Of a stretch of DNA of 64,000 nt, positions 38,604 to 48,004 are shown one piece after another. The stretch is from assembly GCA_013333195.2 (NCBI GenBank), contig JABCPG020000023.1, positions 7,970 to 71,969 of the forward strand, written 5' to 3'. This DNA is from Bacteroidia bacterium (GTDB lineage Bacteria; Bacteroidota; Bacteroidia; Bacteroidales; CAJPTX01). A model generated the notes under the pieces. The model did no database searches. It was not told the origin of the DNA and was given only the letters and a program-made list of their open reading frames with translations. Made by a program: the position numbers and the translations under genes. The first letter of the stretch is position 1, and each line of letters starts with the position of its first letter.

Positions 38604-41600
38604 ATGAAGTGGTTTTGGAATGTCCTATTTAGTATCTCAGCATTTATAGCCGCGATTTCGAGCGTAAGTGCCAATGAAAGGTTGACGCAAAGCAAGTTAA
38701 AGAGTCAGCTGGTGACGTTACACTCAAGCGATGAAGATTTATCGCAAGCTCTGGCTGCCGGTGCTGATGGAGAATATTTTTTGGCTACCCGATGTACTGG
38801 TCCGAGTGTGAAGCTGGTTGGGCCCTCATCGCCTGCGGAGGTAGAAAAGGATTTTGGGACAACTGATGGTGCGTTTCTCGCAAAATACGGGAAAGATGGT
38901 GATAAGATTTGGAGCGTGGGTTTTAAAGGAGCAGTAAGAATTCAGAGTTTGGCAGCTATGCCCGGCGGAGGAGTGATTGTGGGCGGGGTGTATAGAGGAG
39001 GAGTAACTTATGTTAGTTCAGGCGAAGAAGAAGAGATTGTAGGGTCGGGAGCGAATGAAGAGTACGATCAGCTGTTCGTGGCGGAATTGACTGCAGATGG
39101 TAAGTTAAAAAAGGATGCCTTAATGCTGCCAGAACCAGATGTCCTGTTGTTTGTGGAAAGGTCTCCAAAAATCAAGTCTCTATCATACGATGAAGCAACG
39201 GGTGTGCTAAAAATCGTGATGCTTTTATGCTACCCCGTGCAAATTGGTTCTGCTAACCTTAGTTACGAAACTCCAATTATCGATGGTTGGGCATATGGTT
39301 CGTCTTACCTTTTACTGTCGATGGAGTGGCCATCAAAAAACATCTTGTCTTCATTTCAGATATCTAGGGATGTAAAGGATGACGAACGTGTATTTGGAGC
39401 TTCAGAAGTGCGTTCTTTGCTGGCGGCGTCGGATGGAAACGGAGGAGAATATTTAGCCCGTACGTTTTCTGGGCGGGTGAAAGAGATTGACAATCTTTCT
39501 GGCGTAGTAAATGTGGTTTCGTATGCTCAGAACGCGACTGTCCGAGATAGCACATCCCTTATCGTAGTGGAGAGGCGCGATGGTAATGGAAAGAATATCT
39601 GGGATACTCCATTGCGTATCATTGTTTCAAATCGTGCGGACAGGAGAGGAAATTATCACTCGGATGCCACAGTCAACTATGTCTCCCCTATAGGAGATGG
39701 GAGTAGATTCGCTGCGATAGGATATTTCGATGCGCCTTTGCTATTTGAAGATGGGACCAAGCTTGAGTCTGCGCAAGAAACGTATGAGGGAGAAACTGGC
39801 TATTGCACGGATATCTTCGTTCTTATAGGAGAAACCGCGACGGGAAAGATTTTGTCAAAACGAAACCTAGGGATACAGTTGGCGGGATATATATATAAAC
39901 ACACCACCTGCGGAGGATATCCCCTTGCGGCTGTTCTAAATGGAGAAGACTTAATCTTGGGAATCCCATTTCAGAAGACGTTCGAAGCGAATGGGAAACA
40001 GCATTCATCACTTGATGGGGAGGAGGGCGATCGGTATTTATACAATTCTTCCATTGCGAATGTGTCGTTGCTCCCGAACGATGGGTTAGCTATACAAGGC
40101 GCGATATCTCTGACGTATGTGGGTAAGGTTCGAATTGACGGTTTGGCTAAATTAGAAAATGGTCGATACGCATACGTTGGATCAGCAAGAGCGAAAGAAC
40201 ATGTTGCAGAAGCGGTAGCGAAGAAGATATACGTCAATGGAACCGAGGTCAGTGGCGGAATAGCTGGAGGAATTGGTAAGCAGGACTTTACGTCCATTGA
40301 GGGTGTCATCAATTTGGAGCGTATTTTACAGGTAGAAGTTCAAGTGCGTCATGCTGAGTGCGTATCGGTGATTTTGAAAAAGAATGAGGAGCAGCCAGTT
40401 ACGTATCCGCAAGACCCATTGCCCAAGATGCAAAAGGGCGATAAGCTCACTATCGGAGTGTCCTTACGCCCGGGATTTGCGGCTGCAGATTATTCGTTGT
40501 TGCCGGTTACGATAAACGGAAAGACGGTCAATGGAGAATATACGTATGACGGTAGCGATGAGCGGATTGCTATCGAGACGGGGGCGTACAAGAAGTCAAA
40601 AGACATTAGGGTGAATATAGAGCCTTTAGGGAGCGCAAAGATAACGCTGAAAGTTGCGGGTGAGACGAGAACATTTACAGGCGAAGGAGATCCTGTCGTA
40701 ACGGTTCGAAATGGAGATGAGTTGGAAATCGTTGCAGTAACTCCGCGCGAAATGAAGTATCAGTTAAGTCGCATGTCCGTGCAAGGAGTTGCGGTTGGCG
40801 AAAAGGATCATTACACATTGCCTGAAGGTGATATGGCAGATTTGCTTCGTATTGATGTAAAAATGCAAGCCTTCGAATTTCCGGTTCAGTTTGAGGAGGT
40901 GGCGTCTGATCAAGGGCGAGTGGAGATATTTGTTGATGGGAAGGTGGCTGTATCTGAGCAAGGCAAATCGTCTGTCAGTGCAACTATAGGCAGTAAGGTG
41001 AAGGTGGTAGCGGTTCCGCAGGATTCAAAACGTTACCGTGCTGAAATCAGGGTAAATGGAAAGTTAGTCGGAGTAGATGGAGAATATACTATTGCGGCAG
41101 CTGATGGGCAGTGCAAGGTAGAAGTGAATTTTGTCGAAAGGTCTAGATTTTTCGTCAAGGTAGAGGTGAAAGAAGATATCACATACGGTAAAGTGATTGT
41201 GAGACCTGATGATGGAGAACCAAAGGTATTTGAAGGGGATCCGAGCAAGTATGGGTTGTTGGAGGTGTACGAAGGTCAGAAATTGATGATAAGGGCTGAA
41301 GCCGCGACCGTGGCTACGTTTATATCGCTCTCCGTAGCGGGAAAGAATTGGGAGAATGGTGGTGTCTACGAAGTGCCTATGAGGTTGCCTGGAGGAAGGG
41401 AGGAGCTATGGATAAAAGCTACTTTTGAACGTAGCATGGCAGTAGAGGCTAACGTCCTCTCCTCTGTGGCTCTGCAAAGCAATTTGGTGTCTGAATCCTT
41501 AGTGTTGGAGGGTTCATGGAAGGGAGAGTTGCGCTACGCGCTATATAATGTGCGCGGTGTTGAGCTACGAGCAGGAGCTTCAACGCAACAGGTCCCGTTG

Positions 41601-41696
41601 CGCATTGATATTCGGGATTTTCATTCCGGGGTTTACCTCCTGCGAGTGAAAGATGAAACGGGTGCTGTTGCAACGCTAAAAGTGATTAAGCGATAA
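38604..41696 (+). CDS. T9SS-sorted surface protein: beta-propeller-like N-half, four B-repeat-like Ig modules, type-A CTD
   Basis: Start at MKWFWNVLFSISAFIAAISSVSA (signal peptide). The ORF-track start at 38421 overlaps susD. C-terminal LRYALYNVRGVEL...FHSGVYLLRVKD...LKVIKR fits the Por_Secre_tail pattern. Confidence 0.85.
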   Translation: MKWFWNVLFSISAFIAAISSVSANERLTQSKLKSQLVTLHSSDEDLSQALAAGADGEYFLATRCTGPSVKLVGPSSPAEVEKDFGTTDGAFLAKYGKDGDKIWSVGFKGAVRIQSLAAMPGGGVIVGGVYRGGVTYVSSGEEEEIVGSGANEEYDQLFVAELTADGKLKKDALMLPEPDVLLFVERSPKIKSLSYDEATGVLKIVMLLCYPVQIGSANLSYETPIIDGWAYGSSYLLLSMEWPSKNILSSFQISRDVKDDERVFGASEVRSLLAASDGNGGEYLARTFSGRVKEIDNLSGVVNVVSYAQNATVRDSTSLIVVERRDGNGKNIWDTPLRIIVSNRADRRGNYHSDATVNYVSPIGDGSRFAAIGYFDAPLLFEDGTKLESAQETYEGETGYCTDIFVLIGETATGKILSKRNLGIQLAGYIYKHTTCGGYPLAAVLNGEDLILGIPFQKTFEANGKQHSSLDGEEGDRYLYNSSIANVSLLPNDGLAIQGAISLTYVGKVRIDGLAKLENGRYAYVGSARAKEHVAEAVAKKIYVNGTEVSGGIAGGIGKQDFTSIEGVINLERILQVEVQVRHAECVSVILKKNEEQPVTYPQDPLPKMQKGDKLTIGVSLRPGFAAADYSLLPVTINGKTVNGEYTYDGSDERIAIETGAYKKSKDIRVNIEPLGSAKITLKVAGETRTFTGEGDPVVTVRNGDELEIVAVTPREMKYQLSRMSVQGVAVGEKDHYTLPEGDMADLLRIDVKMQAFEFPVQFEEVASDQGRVEIFVDGKVAVSEQGKSSVSATIGSKVKVVAVPQDSKRYRAEIRVNGKLVGVDGEYTIAAADGQCKVEVNFVERSRFFVKVEVKEDITYGKVIVRPDDGEPKVFEGDPSKYGLLEVYEGQKLMIRAEAATVATFISLSVAGKNWENGGVYEVPMRLPGGREELWIKATFERSMAVEANVLSSVALQSNLVSESLVLEGSWKGELRYALYNVRGVELRAGASTQQVPLRIDIRDFHSGVYLLRVKDETGAVATLKVIKR

Positions 41697-41710
41697 AGCG
41701 TGAGAGGTAT

Positions 41711-41760
41711 GAGAGAAGGATGTATGCGTCGATGCATCATCCTCTCTCTTTTTAACTTTT
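41711..41760 (+). terminator. Rho-independent terminator ending the SusCD locus
   Basis: Long imperfect hairpin gagagaaggatgtatgc...gcatcatcctctctc followed by tttttaactttt. Confidence 0.65.
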
Positions 41761-42014
41761 ACAAGGTATAGAGGTGGTGTTAATTGCGTGGGTGGCGGTG
41801 CTTTAAAGATTTTGCATGAATTTACTGAGGCTTATTGGGTGATTTTGTACGTAGCGAGGTTGCGTAGCGATTTCTATCTGTGAGAGAGACGTGTTATTTG
41901 CGTTGGGCAGCCATATTGAGAACCCTTTTATTCGAGACAGATGTTTTACCTATTGGTTGCTGTTGCGGAGGTTGGGTATTCTCGAATTGAGTCGGAAAGA
42001 ATTTAGAAAAAGTT

Positions 42015-42022
42015 TATCTTTG
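42015..42022 (+). promoter_or_regulatory. -7 promoter box TATCTTTG upstream of pgk
   Basis: Perfect TAnnTTTG, 46 nt upstream of the pgk ATG. Confidence 0.5.
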
Positions 42023-42067
42023 CACGGTTAAGCAATTGTTTTTTTAATTGTTGGAGGAAACGAAGGT

Positions 42068-43327
42068 ATGCAGTCGCTTGAGGAGTATTCATTCAAAGGT
42101 AAGAGGGTATTAATGCGAGTGGATTTTAATGTCCCATTCGATAAGCAGACGGGTTTGGTATCTGATGATAGTCGAATACGCCGCGCGGTTCCTACCATTG
42201 AGTATGTAGTGAATCGGGGAGGTCGTGTTATACTGATGTCGCATATGGGTCGACCCGGGGGAAAGGTAGTAGAAGAGTTTTCGATGAGGCGGATAAAGCA
42301 GCTTGTAGAGCAGCTTGTAGGGAAGTCGATTGTATTAGCGTCGGATTGTGTTGGAGCTGAAGTGGTGGCGCAGACAAGAAGTTTACATGATGGCGATATA
42401 ATGTTGTTGGAAAACGTACGTTTTCATGAGGAGGAAGAGGGTAAGGTACGCCAGCGAGAGGATGAGAGCGACGAGCATTTTCTGGAGCGGAAGCGGGCGC
42501 TTAAGGAGGCGCGGTACCAATTTGCGAAGGAGATGGCAGAGTTGGGAGATTGTTATGTCAACGATGCGTTTGGGGCTGCGCATCGTGCCGATTTATCGAC
42601 TTCGGTTATCGCGGAATTCTTTCCACATGATAAGATGTTTGGCTTGTTGATGGAGTCGGAGTTGAAAGCATTAGATCGAGTGAAGCAATCCCCGGCTAGA
42701 CCATTAACGGCTATAATCGGTGGGGCGAAGGTGTCGGATAAGATTAAACTCATCGACAGTTTGCTTGCTAAGGTTAATCGTCTTATCGTAGGTGGTGGAA
42801 TGGCCTACACGTTCGTGAAGTCGCAGGGTGGTGCAATAGGTAAGAGCCTATGCGAGCCTGATTATGTGGAGTTAGCTGGTCAGTTGTTGGACAAAGCTAA
42901 ACGGGCAGGAGTGGAGGTGCTGCTCCCGGTAGATGCAGTGAATGCAAAAACTTTTGCTGCGGATTCAGAGACGCTGATTACTGCGATAGGAGCTACCCCA
43001 GATGGCTGGATGGGTCTTGATATAGGGCCGGAGAGCGCAAAGCGTTTTAGGGAAGCGATTGTTAGTTCCAAAACGATTTTTTGGAATGGTCCTATGGGTG
43101 TTTTTGAGATGCCTCCCTTTGCCTCTGGGAGTTTTGCTATAGGAGCTGCGATGGCGGAGGCTACCAGTATGGGAGCATACACGCTTGTTGGGGGAGGAGA
43201 TAGCGTTTCGGCGTTAAAACAGAGTGGACACGAAGATGGCGTTTCCTATATTTCGACTGGAGGCGGAGCTATGTTGGAGTATCTGGAAGGAGTAGAGCTG
43301 CCAGGAGTGAAAGCGATACGAGGGTAG
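42068..43327 (+). CDS. pgk: Phosphoglycerate kinase
   Basis: 419 aa. RVDFNVP, SHMGRPGG, AIIGGAKVSDKI, FWNGPMGVFE and GGGDS motifs. Confidence 0.95.
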   Translation: MQSLEEYSFKGKRVLMRVDFNVPFDKQTGLVSDDSRIRRAVPTIEYVVNRGGRVILMSHMGRPGGKVVEEFSMRRIKQLVEQLVGKSIVLASDCVGAEVVAQTRSLHDGDIMLLENVRFHEEEEGKVRQREDESDEHFLERKRALKEARYQFAKEMAELGDCYVNDAFGAAHRADLSTSVIAEFFPHDKMFGLLMESELKALDRVKQSPARPLTAIIGGAKVSDKIKLIDSLLAKVNRLIVGGGMAYTFVKSQGGAIGKSLCEPDYVELAGQLLDKAKRAGVEVLLPVDAVNAKTFAADSETLITAIGATPDGWMGLDIGPESAKRFREAIVSSKTIFWNGPMGVFEMPPFASGSFAIGAAMAEATSMGAYTLVGGGDSVSALKQSGHEDGVSYISTGGGAMLEYLEGVELPGVKAIRG

Positions 43328-43523
43328 AGTAGATTAGGGGAGTAGAGCTATGCGAATCTAGAGGGGGAAAAGAGCAGGTTACGTTTTTTTAATACGCCGG
43401 AATAGGAAGAATGCGGTGAGCGTTAGAAGTGTAATCTCGCGAGAGGGCGTGGTTCAAGTTGCGAGTGGGGCGTTGAGTTGAACGATTGTTGGAGTTAAAA
43501 TTGTTTATGGTGCGGTGGGCGTG

Positions 43524-44246
43524 ATGGAAGATATGAATGGGCGCCGGGTTGCATATTTAAAGGGAGCGAAGATTTATAGAGGGGATCAACTTGTGCTGCA
43601 AGAGGTGGATTTCTCTATTGCTGAAGGGGAGTTCGTTTTTTTGGTGGGTCGGGTGGGATCTGGTAAGAGCAGTTTGATTGAGACTCTCACGGGCCAGACC
43701 CTTCTTGTGGAAGGTTGCGGAGAGGTTTGCGGATTTTCTTTAAATAAGTTGAAGCGACGCCAAATTCCCTATTTACGCCGAAGTATTGGTATTGTATTCC
43801 AAGACTTTAAGCTGTTAATGGATAAATCGGTAGAAAAAAACTTACAGTTCGCCCTGCGGGCAACCGGCTGGCGTGATCGGAAAGAGATAGATCAACGCAT
43901 AAAAGAGGTGCTAAAGCTGGTCGGATTGTCGCATAAGCAATATAAGATGCCGCATCAGCTGTCTGGAGGGGAACAGCAGCGTGTGGCAATTGCGCGAGCA
44001 CTGTTGAATGACCCCCAATTAATCTTGGCGGATGAACCAACGGGCAATCTTGATCCTGATACCTCAGAAGGAATTCTTAAAATCCTACGTGAGCTCACTG
44101 CACGCGGGAAGAGCGTGCTTATGGCTACGCATAATGCTACCCTTGTAAGTTTATACCCAGCCGCGACCTACCGATGTTCTGACATGCGACTGACTCACGT
44201 TGAGCAGCAGAATGCGTTACTCGATTTGTCGATGCTAGCCTTGTAG
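43524..44246 (+). CDS. ftsE: Cell-division ABC ATPase FtsE
   Basis: Walker A GRVGSGKSSL, signature LSGGEQQRVAIARAL, Walker B ILADEPTGNLD. About 230 aa, no fused TM domain. The start is ambiguous (43515, 43524 or 43533). Confidence 0.8.
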   Translation: MEDMNGRRVAYLKGAKIYRGDQLVLQEVDFSIAEGEFVFLVGRVGSGKSSLIETLTGQTLLVEGCGEVCGFSLNKLKRRQIPYLRRSIGIVFQDFKLLMDKSVEKNLQFALRATGWRDRKEIDQRIKEVLKLVGLSHKQYKMPHQLSGGEQQRVAIARALLNDPQLILADEPTGNLDPDTSEGILKILRELTARGKSVLMATHNATLVSLYPAATYRCSDMRLTHVEQQNALLDLSMLAL

Positions 44247-44278
44247 GTTCGGTTGTTAAACGCATTCACATGGTTAGG

Positions 44279-44644
44279 CTACTGGTCGCTTGTTGATGGG
44301 TTTATTTTGTCGCGATCGTAGTGGGGCATGTTTTTCGGAATAACCATGGAAAGTTCTACTAGACCCTTCACCACACCGTCGACAGTCCATGGGGCTTGAT
44401 AAATTAGCTTTTCTTGCCCTTTCTTTGTTATAGTATAAACATTCTTTTCTCCTTTAAATAGTTGTTCGATGATGGCTATCGAGCGGTCGTTGTGGCATTG
44501 ACGAACCTGCTTTCCTATCAGCGATTGCGCGTTACTATGCGCATTGATCTCACCGGACTTACTGTTGACGAAAATAAAGTTGCCCTGCTCATCAGTAATG
44601 GTTATTGCCACGTCAAGTCCATTAAGAATTGTTTCTAAATCCAT
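44279..44644 (-). CDS. Stand-alone PAS-domain protein
   Basis: 121 aa. LNGLDVAITITDEQGNFIFVN...IGKQVRQCH...YQAPW..DG.VKG has a PAS-like beta/alpha pattern. No output domain. Confidence 0.6.
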   Translation of the reverse strand: MDLETILNGLDVAITITDEQGNFIFVNSKSGEINAHSNAQSLIGKQVRQCHNDRSIAIIEQLFKGEKNVYTITKKGQEKLIYQAPWTVDGVVKGLVELSMVIPKNMPHYDRDKINPSTSDQ

Positions 44645-44851
44645 ATCGCTAAGTTCAAGTTTACATCGCAAAGGTACAAAAAAGGAGAAAGCCTTTGAAC
44701 GTATGACAAAGTGTCGCGTCGCATGCTGAAATTTCCGCTTGGGTACGTAATTTGATTTGATCGAGACGTTGGCGTACGTTTTTGCGTGTATGCATTAATG
44801 TAAAGCTTGGATAAAAGCTGTAACTTGGCAGCGAATAAAAAGGGAAAGATT

Positions 44852-47386
44852 ATGGGGATGATGCAATTCAGCAATGATCTGCGTCGTATAATAAACGAGA
44901 CTCATGAGGAGGCAGTACGAGCGCAGAGCCGTGAAATACTGCCAGCCCACTATATGCTCGCGATACTGCACAGCGGGAAAAACCGGATAACCGATTTTTT
45001 AGAGAGTGAGGATGTTGATCTACAGCGGTTCGAGTCGTTTTTGCTAGCAGATTTGCAGCGAGTTCGTATAGCTTCCCGTAGTGAGGACAGAGAGCTCCCG
45101 ATATCCATGGCTGCACGTGATGTGCTTGATAGGACGGCGTTAGAGGCTGAGAATTTGGGGGCCAAGACGTTGGAGGTGCTTCACCTATTCTTGGCGTTGC
45201 TGCAGCGTGCGGGTGATTCTACGCACAGATTTTTTGTGGAATTGAATGTCGATTGCGAGTTGTTGCGTTCGAAGCTACTGTATCATAGAGATTTTTTTAA
45301 TTTAGAAGAGCTTTTGTTGTCGGATACTCCTTCTACCGATTCTCTGTTTGGTATGTCTGCTTTGGGTAATGACAATGATGCGAGTGATGGTGATGACGAG
45401 GAGGAGGAGAGCGGTGAGGAAAAGGATAGCAGTGAGTTTTGCATTGATTTGACTGGGCTTGCGCAGTCTGGAAAGTTGGACCCCGTTGTGGGGCGTGCAC
45501 GGGAGCTGGAAAGGTTGACTCAGATTTTGTGCCGTAGGAAAAAAAATAATCCGGTGGTAATAGGAGAGCCAGGCGTCGGTAAAACGGCACTGGTAGAGGG
45601 GTTAGCGCAACGTATAGTCTCTGGTGTGGTGCCGCGGCAATTGCGTTCGAAGCGAATCCTCATGCTTGATATGAATTCTGTAGTTGCGGGTACTAAGTAT
45701 AGAGGTCAGTTTGAGGAACGCATGAAGAATATTATTGATGAGGTGAGCAAGCGTTCGGACACGATACTGTATATTGATGAGCTGCATAGCGTGGTAGGGG
45801 CAGGCGCTGCGAGCGGGACGATGGATGCCGCGAATATATTGAAACAACCTTTAGCGCGTGGATTTTTTCAGTGCATCGGATCCACGACTATAGATGATTA
45901 TAGAAAGCAGATAGAACAGGATGCCGCTCTTGCGCGTCGGTTCCAAAAAGTGGAATTGGATCCTTGTAGTGAGGAGATGGCCGTTCAGATACTCTTACGT
46001 TTGCAGCCCAAGTATGAGGAATATCACAAGGTACGCTACACTCGTGAAGCGATTGAGGCGTGCGTTGCGTTGACGCAGCGATACGTAGCGGATCGTGCGT
46101 TGCCTGATAAGGCTATTGATGCTATGGACGAGGCGGGAGCTCGAGCGGCGGTGTGCCAGTGGCATGAGAGCGAACGGGTAAGGGTAATCGCAAATTTGCA
46201 GGAAGTGGCGCAGGGATCATTGGAACTCCTTTCGGATGATGATGAGCAATACGCGAGTATGCGGCAGCAGCAGCGTGCGCTAGGTTTGGAGCTTGAGTAT
46301 GCATCGAAGGAGTGCCAGGAGAATGGGAACGAATGCGTAGAGGTTACTGAAGAAACGGTTGCGGCTGTTGTATCCATGATGGCAAATGTACCAATACAAC
46401 GGGTTCAAGCCTCTGAGAGTGAGCGTCTCTTACAGATGGAAAGCGTTTTTGTGAAAGAGATCGTTGGTCAGGATGATGCGGTGTCTGTGGTAGCGCGTGC
46501 CATCCGGAGAAATCGTTCCGGCCTACGTGATCCCAATCGTCCAATAGGATCTTTTCTCTTTTTAGGCCCTACTGGGGTTGGGAAAACTTATTTAGCGAAG
46601 GTGCTGGCGAAATATCTATTCGAGAGTGAACGTAATTTTGTTCGAATTGATATGAGCGAGTTTCAGGAGAAAAATTCAATTTCACGTTTGTTAGGTACGA
46701 CTCCTGGCTATATCGGATACGAGGAGGGGGGGCAGCTTACGGAGCAAGTGCGACATCATCCGTATAGCGTTGTACTATTTGATGAAATTGAGAAAGCTGC
46801 ACCGGAAGTTTACAACGTTCTATTGCAGTTGCTTGATGATGGGAGATTGACGGATGGAGCCGGACGGATTGTTGACTTTAAGAACACGATAATTATCATG
46901 ACCTCTAATGTCGGGAGCCGTGCGTTGAGTGAATTTGGTGCTGGGATTGGATTCTCGACTCCATCGCGGAAGGAGAACCTACGCGAGCGTGAATGTAAGT
47001 ACATTGAGGATGCGTTGAAGCGTCAATTCTCCCCAGAGTTCCTGAATCGTATTGATGAGTTAGTGTTTTTTAATTCACTTACTGTCGACGATATGGAAAA
47101 GGTGCTGAAAATTGAAATTGAAAAGATTAGGAAGCGAATGGGTGAGCTTGGGATTCAAGTGAAGTTGACTAAAGCAGCCCTTGCATATTTAGTGAAAGAA
47201 GGCTACGACCCGAAATATGGAGCACGACCTCTGCGCAGGGCGATTCAACGGTACATTGAGGATTTACTGGCTGATGCGTTATTGCGTAAAAGCGCGTTAG
47301 AGTCCGTGGTGATTGATTATAAAGAGGGAGTAGGAACGTTTATAAAGCAGCAGCGAACCGATCGTCGGTTGGAGGGAGTACATTAA
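44852..47386 (+). CDS. clpC: Class-I AAA+ Clp/Hsp100 ATPase (ClpC-type, short middle domain)
   Basis: Clp_N repeats. Walker A in both modules (GEPGVGKTA; GPTGVGKT) and sensor/ClpB_D2-small region (GARPLRRAIQ). The M-domain is only about 60 aa, so it is not ClpB. The start is uncertain (44852, 44858 or 44861; the ORF track gives 44807). Confidence 0.88.
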   Translation: MGMMQFSNDLRRIINETHEEAVRAQSREILPAHYMLAILHSGKNRITDFLESEDVDLQRFESFLLADLQRVRIASRSEDRELPISMAARDVLDRTALEAENLGAKTLEVLHLFLALLQRAGDSTHRFFVELNVDCELLRSKLLYHRDFFNLEELLLSDTPSTDSLFGMSALGNDNDASDGDDEEEESGEEKDSSEFCIDLTGLAQSGKLDPVVGRARELERLTQILCRRKKNNPVVIGEPGVGKTALVEGLAQRIVSGVVPRQLRSKRILMLDMNSVVAGTKYRGQFEERMKNIIDEVSKRSDTILYIDELHSVVGAGAASGTMDAANILKQPLARGFFQCIGSTTIDDYRKQIEQDAALARRFQKVELDPCSEEMAVQILLRLQPKYEEYHKVRYTREAIEACVALTQRYVADRALPDKAIDAMDEAGARAAVCQWHESERVRVIANLQEVAQGSLELLSDDDEQYASMRQQQRALGLELEYASKECQENGNECVEVTEETVAAVVSMMANVPIQRVQASESERLLQMESVFVKEIVGQDDAVSVVARAIRRNRSGLRDPNRPIGSFLFLGPTGVGKTYLAKVLAKYLFESERNFVRIDMSEFQEKNSISRLLGTTPGYIGYEEGGQLTEQVRHHPYSVVLFDEIEKAAPEVYNVLLQLLDDGRLTDGAGRIVDFKNTIIIMTSNVGSRALSEFGAGIGFSTPSRKENLRERECKYIEDALKRQFSPEFLNRIDELVFFNSLTVDDMEKVLKIEIEKIRKRMGELGIQVKLTKAALAYLVKEGYDPKYGARPLRRAIQRYIEDLLADALLRKSALESVVIDYKEGVGTFIKQQRTDRRLEGVH

Positions 47387-47467
47387 TTCACGTTAGTATT
47401 AGTGAACAAGGGGTGTGCAAAAACGTTACGAAGGAAGAGAAAGAAATAAAAAGCTTTGGGTAAGAAT

Positions 47468-47977
47468 ATGGGACATTCAGTGAAGTTTGCAGGTAACCCA
47501 GTCGAATTGTTGGGTAAAGAGGTGAAAGTGGGCGATAAAGCGCCGGATTTTAGGTGCGTTGGGGTGGATTTGAAGGACGTTCGCCTATCGCAGTTTGATG
47601 GAAAGATAAAAATCATTAGCGTGTTCCCATCGATTGACACGTCCGTGTGTTCACTTCAGACGAAGCGTTTCAACCTTGAGGCGGATAAGCTCGGTGATAA
47701 GGTTGTCTTAATATCGATTTCTAATGACCTTCCCTTTGCGCAGAGTCGTTATTGCGCGGCGGAGGGGATTAAGCATATTGTGATGGCTTCAGATCATCGT
47801 GATGTGGATTTTTCGATGAAGTATGGCTTCTTGATGGAAGGTCTTAGGCTTTTGGCGCGTGGTGTCATTGTGCTGGATGCTAATAACGTGGTGCGATACG
47901 TGGAGTATGTGCCCGAAGTGACGCATGAGCCGGATTATGATAAAGCCCTTCAAGCTGTAAAGGCGTTGCTTCAGTAA
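47468..47977 (+). CDS. tpx: Thiol peroxidase (atypical 2-Cys peroxiredoxin)
   Basis: VFPSIDTSVCSLQTKRFN peroxidatic-Cys motif, resolving Cys in RYCAAEG, about 169 aa. Confidence 0.9.
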   Translation: MGHSVKFAGNPVELLGKEVKVGDKAPDFRCVGVDLKDVRLSQFDGKIKIISVFPSIDTSVCSLQTKRFNLEADKLGDKVVLISISNDLPFAQSRYCAAEGIKHIVMASDHRDVDFSMKYGFLMEGLRLLARGVIVLDANNVVRYVEYVPEVTHEPDYDKALQAVKALLQ

Positions 47978-48004
47978 AATTAGCAAAAGCGAAAAAAGGT
48001 AACT

